From: the human T2T-CHM13v2.0 reference genome, Homo sapiens
Direction: 5' to 3' (one strand)
Assembly: GCF_009914755.1 (NCBI RefSeq)
Contig: NC_060927.1
Length of the DNA: 64,000 bases
The notes beneath the pieces are model-generated. The model saw only the letters and a list, made by a program, of their open reading frames with translations, ran no database searches and had not been told where the DNA came from. Shown one piece after another: positions 38,431 to 61,252 of the stretch. A program made the translations under genes and the position numbers. How positions within the stretch are numbered: the stretch's first letter is position 1; each line of letters begins with the position of its first letter.

Positions 38431-41400
38431 ACCATCAGCATGTCAGTGGCATTTAAAGCCATGCAGCTGGAGGGGCCACTGAGATTGTCTCTGAGTATTA
38501 CTGAGAAGCAACAGAAAAGAGCCATGGATGGAGCCCTTGGGCTCTCTGGGAAATGGGAAATCAGCCAAAGGACTGAGAAGGAGTTACCTTAAGGTCAGAG
38601 AAAACCAAGAGAGTGTGGTGTTCTGGAAGCTGAGCTTTCTTTATTCAACCTCATTCCCTTCTCCAAATAAGCCACTTGTGTAGTTGGGCCCCTCCAGGGT
38701 TGAAGGCAAGAGGAGAAAGGCACAGCGTTTGGGAAACAAGACTTTTCCTGCAATAGCCTGGGAAGGAATAAAAGGATAGAGTGTTTGGGTTTTTGTGTAA
38801 TGGTGGTTAATTGGGGTGGAACACTCACACGTTGTGCTTTTTCTGGGCTTCCCTTATCCCCCAGAACACTCTACCAACCTCGGGGAACTCGGGCACATCC
38901 TTCTGTTTCTCCTTCAGCTCTATCCTGCTTTCCTCATCCCTTCTGACACCACGTCCTCACTCACCTGCACAAGAATCCCTGCATCAGGTTCTCCTTTGAG
39001 GGTACCCACCCAGGACAGTCCCCTACCACTTCTGTCTTGGGCTGAAGTTGCCCACGTCCACAAAATCTGTACTCCCAGCGGGGGTGTTTGGCCCGAGGAG
39101 TCAGTGTTATTACTGGTGGATGCACCGTGTCCACAGCAGCCCCCAATCCCAGCGATGCGTCAGATCTTACGTGGCTTCCTGCTGGGGGAGATGGCCTTCA
39201 CCCACGGGATGCCGGGTTCTCCTTTCTTTCCTCACCCCAACCTTTACTCCACCAGAGAAACTTCCTTTTGAACTCAGTGGGGAAGAGGGTGATGAGACAG
39301 GACTAGAAAGTAGTGGGGGACCCAGCGAGTGGACGCCCTGCTCCAGGATTCCTGAGTCTGTAAATAGTGTGCCCAGCAGCTGTGAACTCCCCTTATAGCC
39401 TCAGGCTGCAGTGTCCTTCCCAGCTGTGTGAGAAAATGAAAGCCGACGTCCACAGGGACCCAGGCAGGGTTGGGTGTTGTGACTCACTCCACCTCTGTGC
39501 CCTGCAGAGGTACTGTTGGGTCCTTGTCTTGTGAGCCTGGGGTGAGCTCTCTGTACATGTTGTTGTTCCACGTATGGGTTGACTTGGCATGCTGGGGGGT
39601 CCTCGTTCACTCTCTGAAGTTGGCCTCCTTTCACTGGGGATTGAAAAGCACCTCCACCCCTACCCTAGTGATGTCCCCTGAGGACCCGGGTGATAGTACA
39701 GTCAATATTGTCAGTACTTTGCTTTGATTGAAGGCTGTAGAGCTGAGTTACCAAAATTTCTATTTCAAAGGAAACCAAACCTTAAAAAAAAAAAACAAAA
39801 ACTGGGCTGGGTCTTCCAAACCTACCATGAAACCCTGGTGTGCAGGCTGCACTCAATGACCTCAACCCAACACCTCCCTGAGTGTGCTTCTTGGAAGAGC
39901 CTAGAAGATTCCTGGATGGAGACCCCATTGGTTCAGCCTCAAGTCTGGCCCGTCTTCGAAAAAACAAACACATTTGTAAGCTTTGTGGGAGCTTCCAGGC
40001 CTGCTCTAAGATGCCTTGCTTGTCCTTTGACCCATCAGCATGGAGCTCAGTGGTTGCTGTTTGGTTCTGCAGGCTGGTGGGGAGGCCGCCCATCGTGGTG
40101 GGGCATCTGTCCAGCCCCATTGCCACTCAGGGCATCCAAACAGGAGGCACCCGCTGGGAAGGGTCTAAAGATACTCCTTGTGGCCACTGCTACTGTTCAC
40201 ACTTGACTTGTGGAGAAGCGAAGGGCTGAGGGGAGGTTTGTGTACACCCATGTATTTAAAAGTGACTGACTGACTGAAATGAGCACATACCGACATATGC
40301 AACATACTAATACCTTCCTGATTTTCGAGACTTTCTAATTACTACAACTAACCTGTTGTGCTCACCTCTGGAATTCAGAAAGAGAGCCACTGCGAGCACT
40401 GACCACAAGGGCTGCCTTAGGAAGGAAATGTGTGCTTTCAGGAGTTCTTATTAGGGGAATTTTAAGAGCACAAAAATTTTATTGAACCCACCTTAGTGAC
40501 AAACAGAAAATGATTTGTTAGATTGTCAGTTGGAAGGGGTTTATTATGACTGCTGGTGAAATAAACAGTGACCAGTTTCTGCCAACATTTATGGAAATAA
40601 CGTTTCTAGGTTTTAAATGTGAGCCGTAAACTGAAGCTACTTCAGTTAAAAAAAAAAAAATCAATACTTAAACTGTAGGGAAAAGGTGGATTGGTGCCAG
40701 AGAAAACATTATTTAATAGTGTCAGAACATGGAACTGCAACACAGTTTGTAGCAAGGCACTGAGAAAAACCCACAACTAATCCTTCATCGCAGCTGTCTG
40801 AACTCTTGATCATCTGCCATCCCCCAAACAGTGACTTCTTTTTTTCTGGTGACTCCAGGCCTGAATGACCTAGTGTGGAGAGTTTAAACTATGTACAAGG
40901 GAGGAAAGAAAAAAAGGAAAGGAACCTTAAGTAAGCCTCAGCCAAAGGTTTTATGCATTGGACTTCCTGTGCCTGCCCCCAGGGGCAAGACTGATCCCCA
41001 TGCCTGTGCCCATGACATCTCCCTGAAAGAGGACACCATGACAGCCCGGCTTTGCCTTGACTGACCCACTGCTACCCCAGAAATAAGAATCAAGAGCAGC
41101 TATTGTTATCCTTAGAGTGTTTTCCGTCTAGGGCCGGCTCGTGAACAGCCACATATCCTTGCACCTGACACTGTCCCCACACAAATAGCTGGCTTTCGTT
41201 GCTTGTTGAATGAATGAGTGAGTTGGCTCTATATCCCCTTGGAGCTGGCCGGTAAGATATTAGTGCCTCATTTTACAAGAAGAGAATAGGAAGGAATTAA
41301 GCAATTTGGCCAACAGATACAAGATAGATTCCAGAGTTTTATCTCCCACTTTAGGGTGGCAGCCAGTAGGCCAAACTCCAAAGACCGTTGCTGATGTCTT

Positions 41401-41506
41401 TTTCTGCCTCCCCTCTTTGGGTTAGTGTGGTATGTACAAGCTCACTCTTGTTGAAAATTAGAAAATAGTTGAAAACAAAAGGTTTTTGTTTTTCTTTTTA
41501 AATCAC

Positions 41507-41512
41507 ATTAAA
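41507..41512 (+). terminator. CRTAP: Probable distal CRTAP poly(A) signal (ATTAAA)
   Basis: ATTAAA preceded by a T-rich tract (41483-41499) and followed by T-rich downstream sequence. Confidence 0.6.
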
Positions 41513-42104
41513 TGTTTTACATTGCTTATTCTCTATTTTCTATTCTATCCACTGGACAGGGATGTCTTCACCACATTCTAGAAGCTATGTTGTAATGAGC
41601 TCTGTTTTCTCAGGTCTGTGAAATTTCTGACATTCATCTAACAAAGTAGAAACTTCAAGCCAGGGACTCCTGGATCTCATGCAAGAGGAGTGGTCCTTGC
41701 TCTCCATGAGCCAAGAGCTGGCTGAGGTCCTGTCAGGCAGTAGAGGCTCATGCCTCTCCCCCGGAAGATTGTCTTTCAGAGGAGATCTGGAATCCCACTA
41801 GGAAAAACATTTGGAATCTGTTTCAAACAGGGACACAAAGCATCTTCAGGCATGACTGTCAACAGCAACTATGCTCCATGCATGCCACTAAAGGGCAGGC
41901 AGGAGAAAGAAGAGTAGAAGGAAGCAGGTGGAAAGAGTGAGGAACCAGCCAGCACAAAAAGAAGTCCACGTTATGGAGAGTTGAAACAGCTGTCTGAAGA
42001 AGAGGTGGAGGACATGGAGGTCAGCCCAAGAATTCCAGAGGTTATGGTGAAAAAATCTGGACTGAGGAGAGGAGGTGTAGGGAGTAAGAGTTGAGTGTTG
42101 ATGG

Positions 42105-42530
42105 ATGTCTTAGGTCAGGATCCTTTGAAGCAAGGGAAGTGATGGGGTGCTCTCAAGAGAAGGGGTGTGAGAGAAGCAGGAAGGAGCCAGTAAGGATGTG
42201 TCTTCAGTTGGAGACTGACTTCAGCTTGATCTCATGGGAGCTCTGGAGCATGAATCATATCGGAGTTGGTCCCACCTTGAGGAAAGGAGGCCAGCCTTTT
42301 GCATTCCCATGACAGCTGGTCATTGGTTATAGGCTGCCCTAGCAGAGTATACCGTGGTCTAACTTCCTGGGTGAGGGAACTCTCAATAGGCCAAGGGCAA
42401 TTCTCTGCGTTGGAAGGGTACACTTATGTGCTTATGAGCATTTTAACAGCCAACACTCAGGGCAGCTGGAAGACAGGTTCACCTACCTAGCAAAGGGGAC
42501 CTGGGAGGGGCATCAACAATGTCCACAACA
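42105..42530 (-). mobile_element. LTR33-like ERVL LTR
   Basis: gggagctctggagcatgaatc...ccaccttgaggaaaggaggccagccttttg. Confidence 0.55.
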
Positions 42531-43045
42531 TTGGAAGGCTTGGGAGGCATGGATCTGTGGTGGTCATGGATGTAAAAATGGACATAAGGCAGATGGGATT
42601 GGTGCTGATGGCGTCTGAGCTGGATTTGCTAGCTGCCCTTCCGTATCTCTTCCAACATGCCCCTCCAACATGCCCGGTGTCCCAGAAGCCTGACCTCTAT
42701 GGTTCCATTGCCTGGGCTTCTTCACCCTCTGATTTCCAGTTGCCACTGGGACATGCCAACAAGAGATGGCAGGGTGAGACAAGGTCTGGTTCCTTAAAAT
42801 CTTTGCTTCCTCCAGGCCACAGTTGGACACTGGCTGCATTCTCTTTGAGGCCAGAGCCCTTGTCCTGCAGGGCCTTTCCTATTACTGAGCTCTTGTTGGG
42901 TTCCATAACAGGTCCCCACCATCCCCTGATGGTTCCCCTAACTTTCCCCACACCTTTGTGAACAGTCCCTTCAGCTAACCCTCTAATTACTCCTTTGAGT
43001 GTCCTGTGAGTTAGGAGAAAGGGGATAATCAGTTCTCTCTTAGGC

Positions 43046-43202
43046 CAGTGCTTCTCAAGCTTTACCATTCATGCCCACCACCTGGGCATCCTGTTAGATG
43101 CAGATCCTGATTCAGCAGTCCTGGGGCAGGGCCTGAGATTCTGTACTTCTAACAAGCTCGCAGTGCCTGTGCTGCTGGGGCAGGAGCCACACTTTGAATA
43201 GC
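43046..43202. mobile_element. MER5A1-like MITE
   Basis: cagtgcttctcaa...gatgcagatcctgattcagcag...ccacactttgaatagc. Confidence 0.7.
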
Positions 43203-43247
43203 GAGGTCCCGGGTGTTTCGTTGCAGTGAAGTAAGTGGTCTCTGGTT

Positions 43248-43320
43248 GGGGCAAGGAAGAGGGAAGTAGGGAGGGAGGGGGGGGGCAAGGAAGAGGGAAG
43301 TAGGGAGGGGGGGGCGGCAA
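43248..43320 (+). repeat. G-rich ~34-bp tandem duplication
   Basis: ggggcaaggaagagggaagtagggaggg...x2. Confidence 0.85.
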
Positions 43321-43447
43321 GAGTGCCACCAACTTCCCTAAAATCCTGCTGCAGGAGGTAACATAACTGAGAGTTAGGTTTAGAAAGGGCAGTCTTAGAT
43401 CTTAGATATAGCAAGTATTAAGACATTATTTTCAAGATTACTAGAGA

Positions 43448-43737
<290 letters not shown>

Positions 43738-43815
43738 GAATTTTTTTCTTTTTTTAAACCTTGGTGCAGTAGCCTAGAAATAAAATACATTCAGCAACTG
43801 TTGGGGCAATAATTA

Positions 43816-43821
43816 TTTATT
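43816..43821 (-). terminator. SUSD5: Probable SUSD5 poly(A) signal (AATAAA)
   Basis: + strand TTTATT; on - it is followed by G/U-rich sequence. Confidence 0.65.
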
Positions 43822-44065
43822 TTAAATATCTCAGAAGCTTTGTGTTAATAGAACCCCCTCCCCCAATTTTCATGAGCATTAAACATTCACCATTCTCAAA
43901 ACATGCATGACATACAATTTAGATTTACATTGTTTTAATCATTCCCTTTCAACATGAATTTTTAGATTCTATAACATTAATTTAGAGGATACCACACCAA
44001 TAAGAACTTAAAAACTGATGTGTTGGGTTTATTTCACAGTCCATGTCTACAAATAAAACATTTAC

Positions 44066-44146
44066 CTGTATTAATAATTTGTAATAAATTTATTAATACA
44101 CTGTATTAATAATTTGTAATAAATTTATTAATACACTGTATTAATA
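44066..44146. repeat. 35-bp palindromic tandem repeat x2.3
   Basis: (ctgtattaataatttgtaataaatttattaataca)2 + ctgtattaata. Confidence 0.95.
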
Positions 44147-44899
44147 TTGCCTATTTGTTGGTATAAATCCAATGTTCTGGGTTATTCCACAATAATAGTT
44201 GCTAACACAGTCCCAATGCTGAGACAGAGGTTATTTTATATAGTTAAAAATAGAAAAGTTATCTTGCAGTAGATTAGGATCTAATTTATAAATATATACA
44301 GTCTCTGGCTTTTATTCTATTATGTTTTGCTTTGGCTACATGCAGAAAGCATTTTATTCCTATTGTTCTTGACTTCGTCTGATGCACAGGTATTCTAGTT
44401 GGTACCTTCAGGCTTTATTTTACCCAACTATGGGGAATAAGATCTTTGATTATGCTGCCTCTCTTTACAGCTACTTCGCCTATTACTTTTCCAAAGCTTG
44501 CTGAAAAGAGGTGGCAGGGTAGAAAACATGTTGCGAATGTTTTTTTTCCTTAGGTAAAACACCACCAACAATTTTTCAATCATAAAAAAGATCAGGATTT
44601 CCCTCTACCACACAAAAACACTTAGACTGCTATGGTGTCTCAAAATAAATGTGTTGCATTCATCACTTTTTACCACTGATAACTATTTCTAAGAAGGTGA
44701 TTCATATTAGAAAAATATAACATGTTTCATTTCTGTGCCAACATACAGGAGACTATTGCAGGTGGCATTTAGGCAGCTTCAAATGCCACCTCAGCTGCAC
44801 ACAGCCATGCCTGACTTCCACACAACACACACCACATACTCATCTGTGCCTTTAGGGCTTCAGCTGGCCTCGAAGTTCACATTTGAGATTATTATAAAC

Positions 44900-45085
44900 C
44901 AACAGGCTCTCAAACTTGAGTGCATATCAAAATCACCTGGAGGGCTTGTTAAAAACAGAACTGGGCCCTACTCCCAGGGTTCCTGTTTCCTGAGTCCAGG
45001 GTGGGACTAGAGAATTTGCATCTCCAACAAATTCCCAGGTGACGCTGATGCTACTGGTCTGAGGACCACACTTTGAGAACCACTG
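44900..45085 (-). mobile_element. MER5A in SUSD5 3'UTR
   Basis: ctctcaaacttgagtgcatatcaaaatcacctggagggcttgttaaaa...ccacactttgagaaccactg. Confidence 0.85.
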
Positions 45086-45886
45086 CCATAAACCATCCTC
45101 GCTGAGCCACCCTAAGATGATTTAGATGCTACGAAATGGGTTACCCAACAGACAGGATGGATTCTGTTTCCACAGAGCTCCCAGTTTCCACACTAGAGAA
45201 CAGATCAGCACAGATCATTTCATATTCTTTCACAGATTCTTCTGCTTCTCCATCAAGTATGTGCCCATACTTGATAACCTGGTGTTCGGCCCTCTGAAAA
45301 CATTTCTTTTTTTTTTCTCCCGTGTCATTCTCTCTTACTGGAGTTCAGAGAAATGGTTAATCCTGAGAGAGGAAACCAAGGACTGAGTTTTGTTAGTCCT
45401 GGCAAAAATTCCAAGACATTCCTAGGCACAGACTGGTCAAGGACAACTAGGCCACTGCTTCTGAGAGGAAATGGTACTTACTGGTACAAAGCTAACTTTG
45501 TTTTTAAAAAATAATGGCAAATCCTTAACCATGAAATATTGAAAATAAAATAAAATAAATGACAGACTGTCCCACAGAATGGAGGGAACAGAGGGGGATG
45601 TGTGTTTCTTCACTCCTCAACTCCCCCAACAAAATGTCAGTCTTAAATTCTAATTTCAAGAAACAATGAAAAAAGAAACCTCAAAGCTTCTAGACTGTGT
45701 CCTGGCTCTTGGTTCATCTGCCCTCAGCAACATCACAACATTAAAAGGAAACAACCCATTATTCTTCCATATTCCTCTCCCAATAATTCAATATCCATGT
45801 CCTAGATAATACTGCTCTCATACACTTGGTTTATCATGACTATTTATAAAATTTCAGGGCATGAAGCTGGTGATTTTCTTTCTTCA

Positions 45887-46225
<339 letters not shown>

Positions 46226-46499
46226 TCACACTGGAAACAGGGCCCAAGCACAGGTCTGGGATTAGTGTAGTCAATTCCAGGGCAGATGGTGGAGGAGACA
46301 TTGACATGAGTGATGATGTCACCAAAGCCTCCCTGCCCTCCCAGGTGCTCCAGAGACACTTCTCAGCCTATAAAACAAAGGGCTGAGGAAAAAATGATGA
46401 GCCCCAGTCCACCTGTGTCATGCTCTAGTGAATTATCGTGTGATGTGTCACAGTTATTTTCCTCCCAAGTGGCTTTGGGAGAACCCACTCCAAAGGTGC

Positions 46500-49800
<3,301 letters not shown>

Positions 49801-49803
49801 ATC

Positions 49804-50096
49804 TTTTTTTTTTTTTGAGAGAGAGTCTCGCTCTGTCTCCTAGGCTAGAGTGCAATGGTGCAATCTAGGCTCACTGCAACCTCCGCCTCCCGGGTTCAAG
49901 CGATTCTCCTGCCTCGGCCTCCTGAGTAGCTAGGATTACAGGTGCACACCACCACACCCAGCTAATTTTGGTATTTTCAGTAGAGACAGGGTTTCACCAT
50001 GTTGGCCAGGCTGGTGTCAAGTTCCTGACCTTGTGATCCGCCCATCTCGGCCTCCCAAAGTGCTGGGATTACAGGCATGAGTCACCGCGCCCGGCC
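49804..50096 (-). mobile_element. Alu
   Basis: TSD aaaatgcatctttt. Confidence 0.92.
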
Positions 50097-51288
50097 CCCA
50101 AATGCATCTTTTAAAACACTGATTTGCTCTCTGTAAAACTTCCAAGTCATGAGATGATGCTGTAAAGTATTCTGAATTCAACTGAATAAGAAGCAATAGA
50201 GCCCCACAACTAGGAGACCAGAATGTAAGGACAGCCCGATGAGAGGGGAATCAACTGGTCAGGAAAGCTCAAGAAGCTGGTGTCCTCAGAAGACAGCAGC
50301 AGTCCTTTGACCTTCCCCTCTCTCAATGGTCTTTGAAAGCCAAGTCCTACTGGAAGATACACTTAAATTATTAAAACAGACTGCTTCTCCCACTTAACTT
50401 TCAACTTCGGAAGAACAAAATGCACAGAGCTCCAGAGCCAAGGTCTAGATGGAATGCTGAGGTGTCATGTGGTGCATTCCTGGGCTCTGAAACTAGATTA
50501 GTGGGTATCTGGCTTATTTCTAAAGGCTGTTAGAGAATAAGACTCTGTATCTTGCTTATTTAATGACTGACAGAGTTATAAATAAAAGTTAACAATCTTT
50601 TCTGATCTGCTCCTGACATGTAAGCCCATTCACTTTACATGTGTCCTCAGTCAGAAAAGGGAAACAGTGGATGAAGAGCAAACATCACTGACAAATATCA
50701 AATGCATGCGTGTTTTATGCTTAGAAAAGGACAGCCCAATCACACCCCATTGTGTCCTGTTCATAAAACCTCACACAAAAAACATATCAGATGGCTGGAC
50801 CATTCTAATGAGCCTTGTAGAATTCACATACAGGCTCCCAGGGCTCAGTCAGGCCCTTCACATTCCCTGTTATATCCTCATTTCAAAACCTGCACTGACC
50901 CACTCCTTCATTCAACAGACCTCACTGAGTGCTGACTATGTGCTAGAGTTTGGGATCACTGGTGAACAGGATAAATACTCCCTCCCCCGTTGGAGCATAT
51001 GGGACAGAATCTCATGGTCTTGCATCCTATAGGGTTGAACTTCAAAGATTTTGTGTGCATAAATTTTCACCCAACATTCTGAATGGGCGTTAGGTTTTGC
51101 ATTGAAGTACTGTCCTTCCTTCAAAAAACAACAAAATGAAATGAATGCCACTATGACAGAACTTTTCACTACAATTTACCCAAAACATACAGACAAGTCA
51201 CACTGAGATTTAAGAAAGTCATGACGTATATCTTTGACCTCAGGATAAGGTGGTTAGATTGCTTGTGCACATGTGTGTACTTACTGGC

Positions 51289-51725
51289 TGTGGAAGACAG
51301 ACTGCAATAATGGCCACAAATCTCCACTTTTCCCTGCATCAAGTCCTTTTGCAATGTGACTTTGCACCTCTCTTCCTATGAAAAGATGGGGCCCATTTTT
51401 TCATCTCTAGAATCTGGGCTGACCTTGTCCCTTGTTTTGACCTACTGAACGCAATGAAAGTGTTGCATACCTTTGCTCTCTGCCTCGGAGCCCTGCCAGC
51501 TGCCATGTGAACAAACCTGGATGCTGAAGGATAAAAGACCCCATGAAGGAGAGGTAAACGTCCCAACTGAGGCCACCGTAGATTAGCCAGCTGTGGCTGA
51601 CCACATTCACCTGAGTGAGCCCAGCCCAAACTGCTGACTCAAAGAACTGGAGCAGAATAAATTGTTGTTTCATGCCACTAAGTTTTTGGGGATGGTCTAT
51701 TATGCAGAAAAAGCTAACTAACACA
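51289..51725 (+). mobile_element. MLT1-type MaLR LTR
   Basis: ...aataaattgttgtttcatgccactaagtttttgggg...gctaactaacaca terminus. Confidence 0.75.
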
Positions 51726-53858
51726 CTAGCAATGAGCTGCTTGGGGGGGCAGGCCCCAAGGCATTGTGTCCCTAAAGTAGAACAGTGCTTATCTACTATA
51801 GGTATTCTTATAGGTATTCTTGAGTGAGTGAAAGAATAAATGGTTCTGGAAGGAAAACAAGGAAAAGTCTGCAACAGCTCAGATCCCAAGCTTCTCTTCA
51901 TCGCTACCTTAAAACTGTTCAGCACTGGGATCAGTTTCCAGGAGCACAGTCTCCCAAAACACAAGAGGACTATAGGCCCACTTCTAAATTACACGGAATA
52001 AATCACTTGTACCCATAGTCTCTCATAACACCCCGAAGACCCTCTGAAAAGACGCCATTGTTGAAGGACCAATTGAATACAAACACACACAGGTGTGCAC
52101 CACATACGTGCACACAACACACACCCTCACACACTGGTGAGCAAATCGCTGCCACAGCCTGGCTGGTGAGAGCATCTCTTCTCATCCCAGCCTCTCCTTG
52201 GTGCCCACATCCCTATCAATTTCAAAGGGTAGCCTAGTAGAACTCCCTCCCCACTGCTAGTCGATTTCAAGCAGAATGGTGACCCCGCTCCATCAAAGCT
52301 TGCTCCTAATGCAAAGAAGCTTGGCATTCCACATGTCTGACCAGTCATTTTTGCCCCAAATCTGCCCCAACCAATTTTTTCTTAATTAAAGAAAAGAACA
52401 TATTCTGCGGTACTGCAGAAGAAATTATCTTTGTGAAACAATACACCTTTGCCAGTTGTCTCCTAGAGGTTCTGCTGTTGAGGATGAATATCCCTGTTCT
52501 CAGCCAGAACCCGGCCCCCTTTCATGAGGGGTAAGGTAGGAAGCAGTAACTCTCCAAGATCATTTTTCCTCAAGAAGCTTCCACCCACTCGAAAGCATAG
52601 GCCATCACTTCATGCACCAGCTATACCCTAAGGCCTCTTTCCACACGTCATTTTACTAGGGAATATTTTTTGTTGCCTCATTGCAGCCCCAAGACATCGA
52701 ACCGTGAAGAACCCCAGATTCTATTTTATTCCATGGTATTTTTGTCATTTCCCATTCTTGCTTGCACGAATCCGGAGAGTGCATTCATTTTCTTTCAGGT
52801 CATCAACTATAGCTCACTGACTGTTGGGAGTAAACAAGCTGTTTGTGCTGAACTCAGTCAGCATGATGAAAGGGAACAACATTTGCACAGAGCTTTGCCA
52901 AAGGCAGTCCTAGGTGATGGGAAAGCTGGCAGGCTGTCGGTGTCAAGGTGGGTGGTGAGTCGAAGTGCTTCCTCACTGTCCTCATGGACCACCATCTTGT
53001 CACCTCTGCAGATACCAAGACTGATACTGTCCACGGGAAAGCAGAATTCTACCCAAATAACCAACAGCTAAAAAGAAGTGTGACTGTAGGGATACTCAAA
53101 ATCTTCCACCACCTCAGAGTATCTGTGGCCCTGACAAGTCTCGCTGTAACCTCTGCTCCGGCTTCTTCCCTGTCTCTTATGCCCACACCCCATATTTCAC
53201 TTCCATCTGCCCCAGTGCTCCCTGCCTTTTTGTTCTTGCTTCTGGCTGCCCGTCCCTCTGCTCTTCTTCCTCCTTCTTCTACCTCATCACTTATGTTCCA
53301 GACCACTAGAATATGTACTGGGGATACAGGCCAAAATTGCCTTATGAGCAGGGTGCATTACAGGCTACACTTGAAAATATCTAAGTGTTCCAGTTGAAAC
53401 TGTATCGTATATTTTTCCCTCCCCCATACCTACCAAAATGGGGAAACACCACCAAACACACCCATACACACACACACACACAAACACAAACATAAAACTG
53501 GGCTTACTGAATGTGAATTTCTAAAAATGAGGAAACTATACTAAACATCAGCAAAAACATTTTACCAACAGCAACCTCACGAAAAGGGAATAATATATTG
53601 TAATGAATTTCAGAAACTAGTTACCAAGAGGAGAAACAGAGGGTTCTAAAGAAGACTGGACAAGCGTGACCTGGCTTAGCTCCTAACCCACCCTCACCCT
53701 TCAGAAATGGTCCTGGGAGTCAGCAAATCCTAGAGAGACGCAAAGTGGATGGAGAGAACCAGACCAGTAACCAGGAGGGCTGCTTCTTCCTGACAGAATC
53801 TGAAATGGCAAGACTTCACATTGTGCAAGGGAAGGAAACTTTGATATAGAACATTTAA

Positions 53859-54293
<435 letters not shown>

Positions 54294-54429
54294 TACTACT
54301 TCAGCTGACTTGTCCCCTTACGGCCACCATTCCCTCTTCTGGATTAAAGGACTGTTTCACAACACAAAACTTAATAAGAAAGTGAGTGCAATAAAACAAA
54401 GCTCAAAGGTAATGTGTAAAATAACAGCA

Positions 54430-59290
<4,861 letters not shown>

Positions 59291-59621
59291 AAATAGACAA
59301 TCAAAAGTGGACACCATGTACCAGGAAAAACTGGCACAGTATTTGGCTGCTGAATGCCAAGGATGAAGAAATAATTCAACTGATATTCAGGAAGAAAAGG
59401 CAAATCCCATGCAAGAACAAAATTAAATCAGGCTTGCCTAAAATTTCACCTCATCATGTTCAGTGGTAGAAGAAAAAAGAACAATGGCTATAATCTTTGA
59501 GGGACAGAAAATGTAATTCAACAATATTGTACTTTGTTAAGATGTCATTCAATTTTATATCAACAGTAGGCATTCATTCATCTTAAGATGTCTGTGCTAT
59601 CTCAAGAACAATATACTGTGT

Positions 59622-59790
59622 GCCCAGGTGCAGTGGCTCATGCCTACAATCCTGGCACTTCGGGAGCCCGAGATAGGAGGATCACTTGAACCCAGGAGTT
59701 CAAGACTAGCCTGGACAACATAGTGAGACCCACTGCACCGCAGCCTGGGTGACAGAGTGAGACCCCCCTCTCCAAAAAAAAAAAAAAAAA
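59622..59790 (+). mobile_element. Internally deleted Alu
   Basis: Left arm fused to the end of the right arm. Confidence 0.8.
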
Positions 59791-60669
59791 GGAAAGAAAA
59801 GGAAAACACACTGTGTAATATTGTGCATGTGTTACTTATGTTAAGCTGTAACCCAGCTGCTGCTGGTATTCCAATTAAGAATTCACTCTGGGACGGACAG
59901 TTAGCATTCCCACTAGAAAAAATCCTCCTCCAGATGTGGCTAATACAAGTACTTCTTTATTTGTATCTTGACCAAAAACATTGCTTTGCTAATTAATACC
60001 CTGAATATCTGAAACAGCTTTCTATTGGTAAAATTAGTGACCTATTAACTACCAATGACAAATATTAGAAATGGGCTTTCACTGGTAAAATGAAAGGTAT
60101 ATATGATATAGGGATTGGGTAAAGATACCTTAGAAACACTTCATGCTCTTATACGGATAGGGTAAAACCAATTTAGATCTTGATGGTGCTTGACACTTGA
60201 ACCCTAAAAGGTCTCAGTTTGGGACTAATGTGTTACTCACCAGAATGCTGGGAACAGCATCCATCCAGAACAGAGTTCACCACTGTCACCATGCACTGAC
60301 CACACCACCCTGCTCTCGCCACACAGCCTGCCCAACTCCCCACTAGCCCAGGAACTTCCTGAGAACAAGGGCATGTCCCCCCTGCCTTTGTATTCCCCCT
60401 GCCCACAGCATGGTGTATGGCATATAGTAGGCACTCCATAAATGTTTGCTGAATAAATAAATAAATAAATTAGTGAAGAGATGAATTAGTGGGTGTGAAT
60501 TACAGTTTTTACAAAGCTTGATGCAGTCTGGAAGTCCATCAGCCAGGGCATCATTTGATTCATGAGAGAGGCAAAGAATGATAAATGACTTTTGAGTTCC
60601 AGTATTGGGGATAATCAATGTCTGCTAACTTCAACCTCCTGTGTTACCCATCCCATGAGCTTAAATATT

Positions 60670-61064
<395 letters not shown>

Positions 61065-61149
61065 TTAGCATTTAATATTAGAGCAAGGATCTGGGAAAGG
61101 TCAGCTCACCCTGGCTGTGGCCTTGACCTGGACACTTACAGTCTGAGCT

Positions 61150-61252
61150 ATGTGTGTTTGTTTGTGTGCATGCATGCGTGTGTGTGTGTCTGTGTATGCA
61201 TGGATGTGCATGTGATTGTGTGTGTATGTGTGTGTGTGTCTCTGTATGGGTG
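61150..61252. repeat. Degenerate (TG)n tract
   Basis: tgtgtgtttgtttgtgtgcatgcatgcgtgtgtg... Confidence 0.85.

Noticed and set aside
38595-40229. Cluster of 60-160 aa ORFs in the CRTAP 3'UTR
   Set aside because: Mutually overlapping, mostly non-ATG starts, no recognisable domain or processed-pseudogene hallmarks.
50100-53400. Repeat-poor intronic stretch with ORFs up to 185 aa; scattered AP-1 TGACTCA sites elsewhere
   Set aside because: No sushi/Link-like Cys pattern or convincing exon. Enhancer activity cannot be judged from sequence alone, and 7-mers occur by chance.
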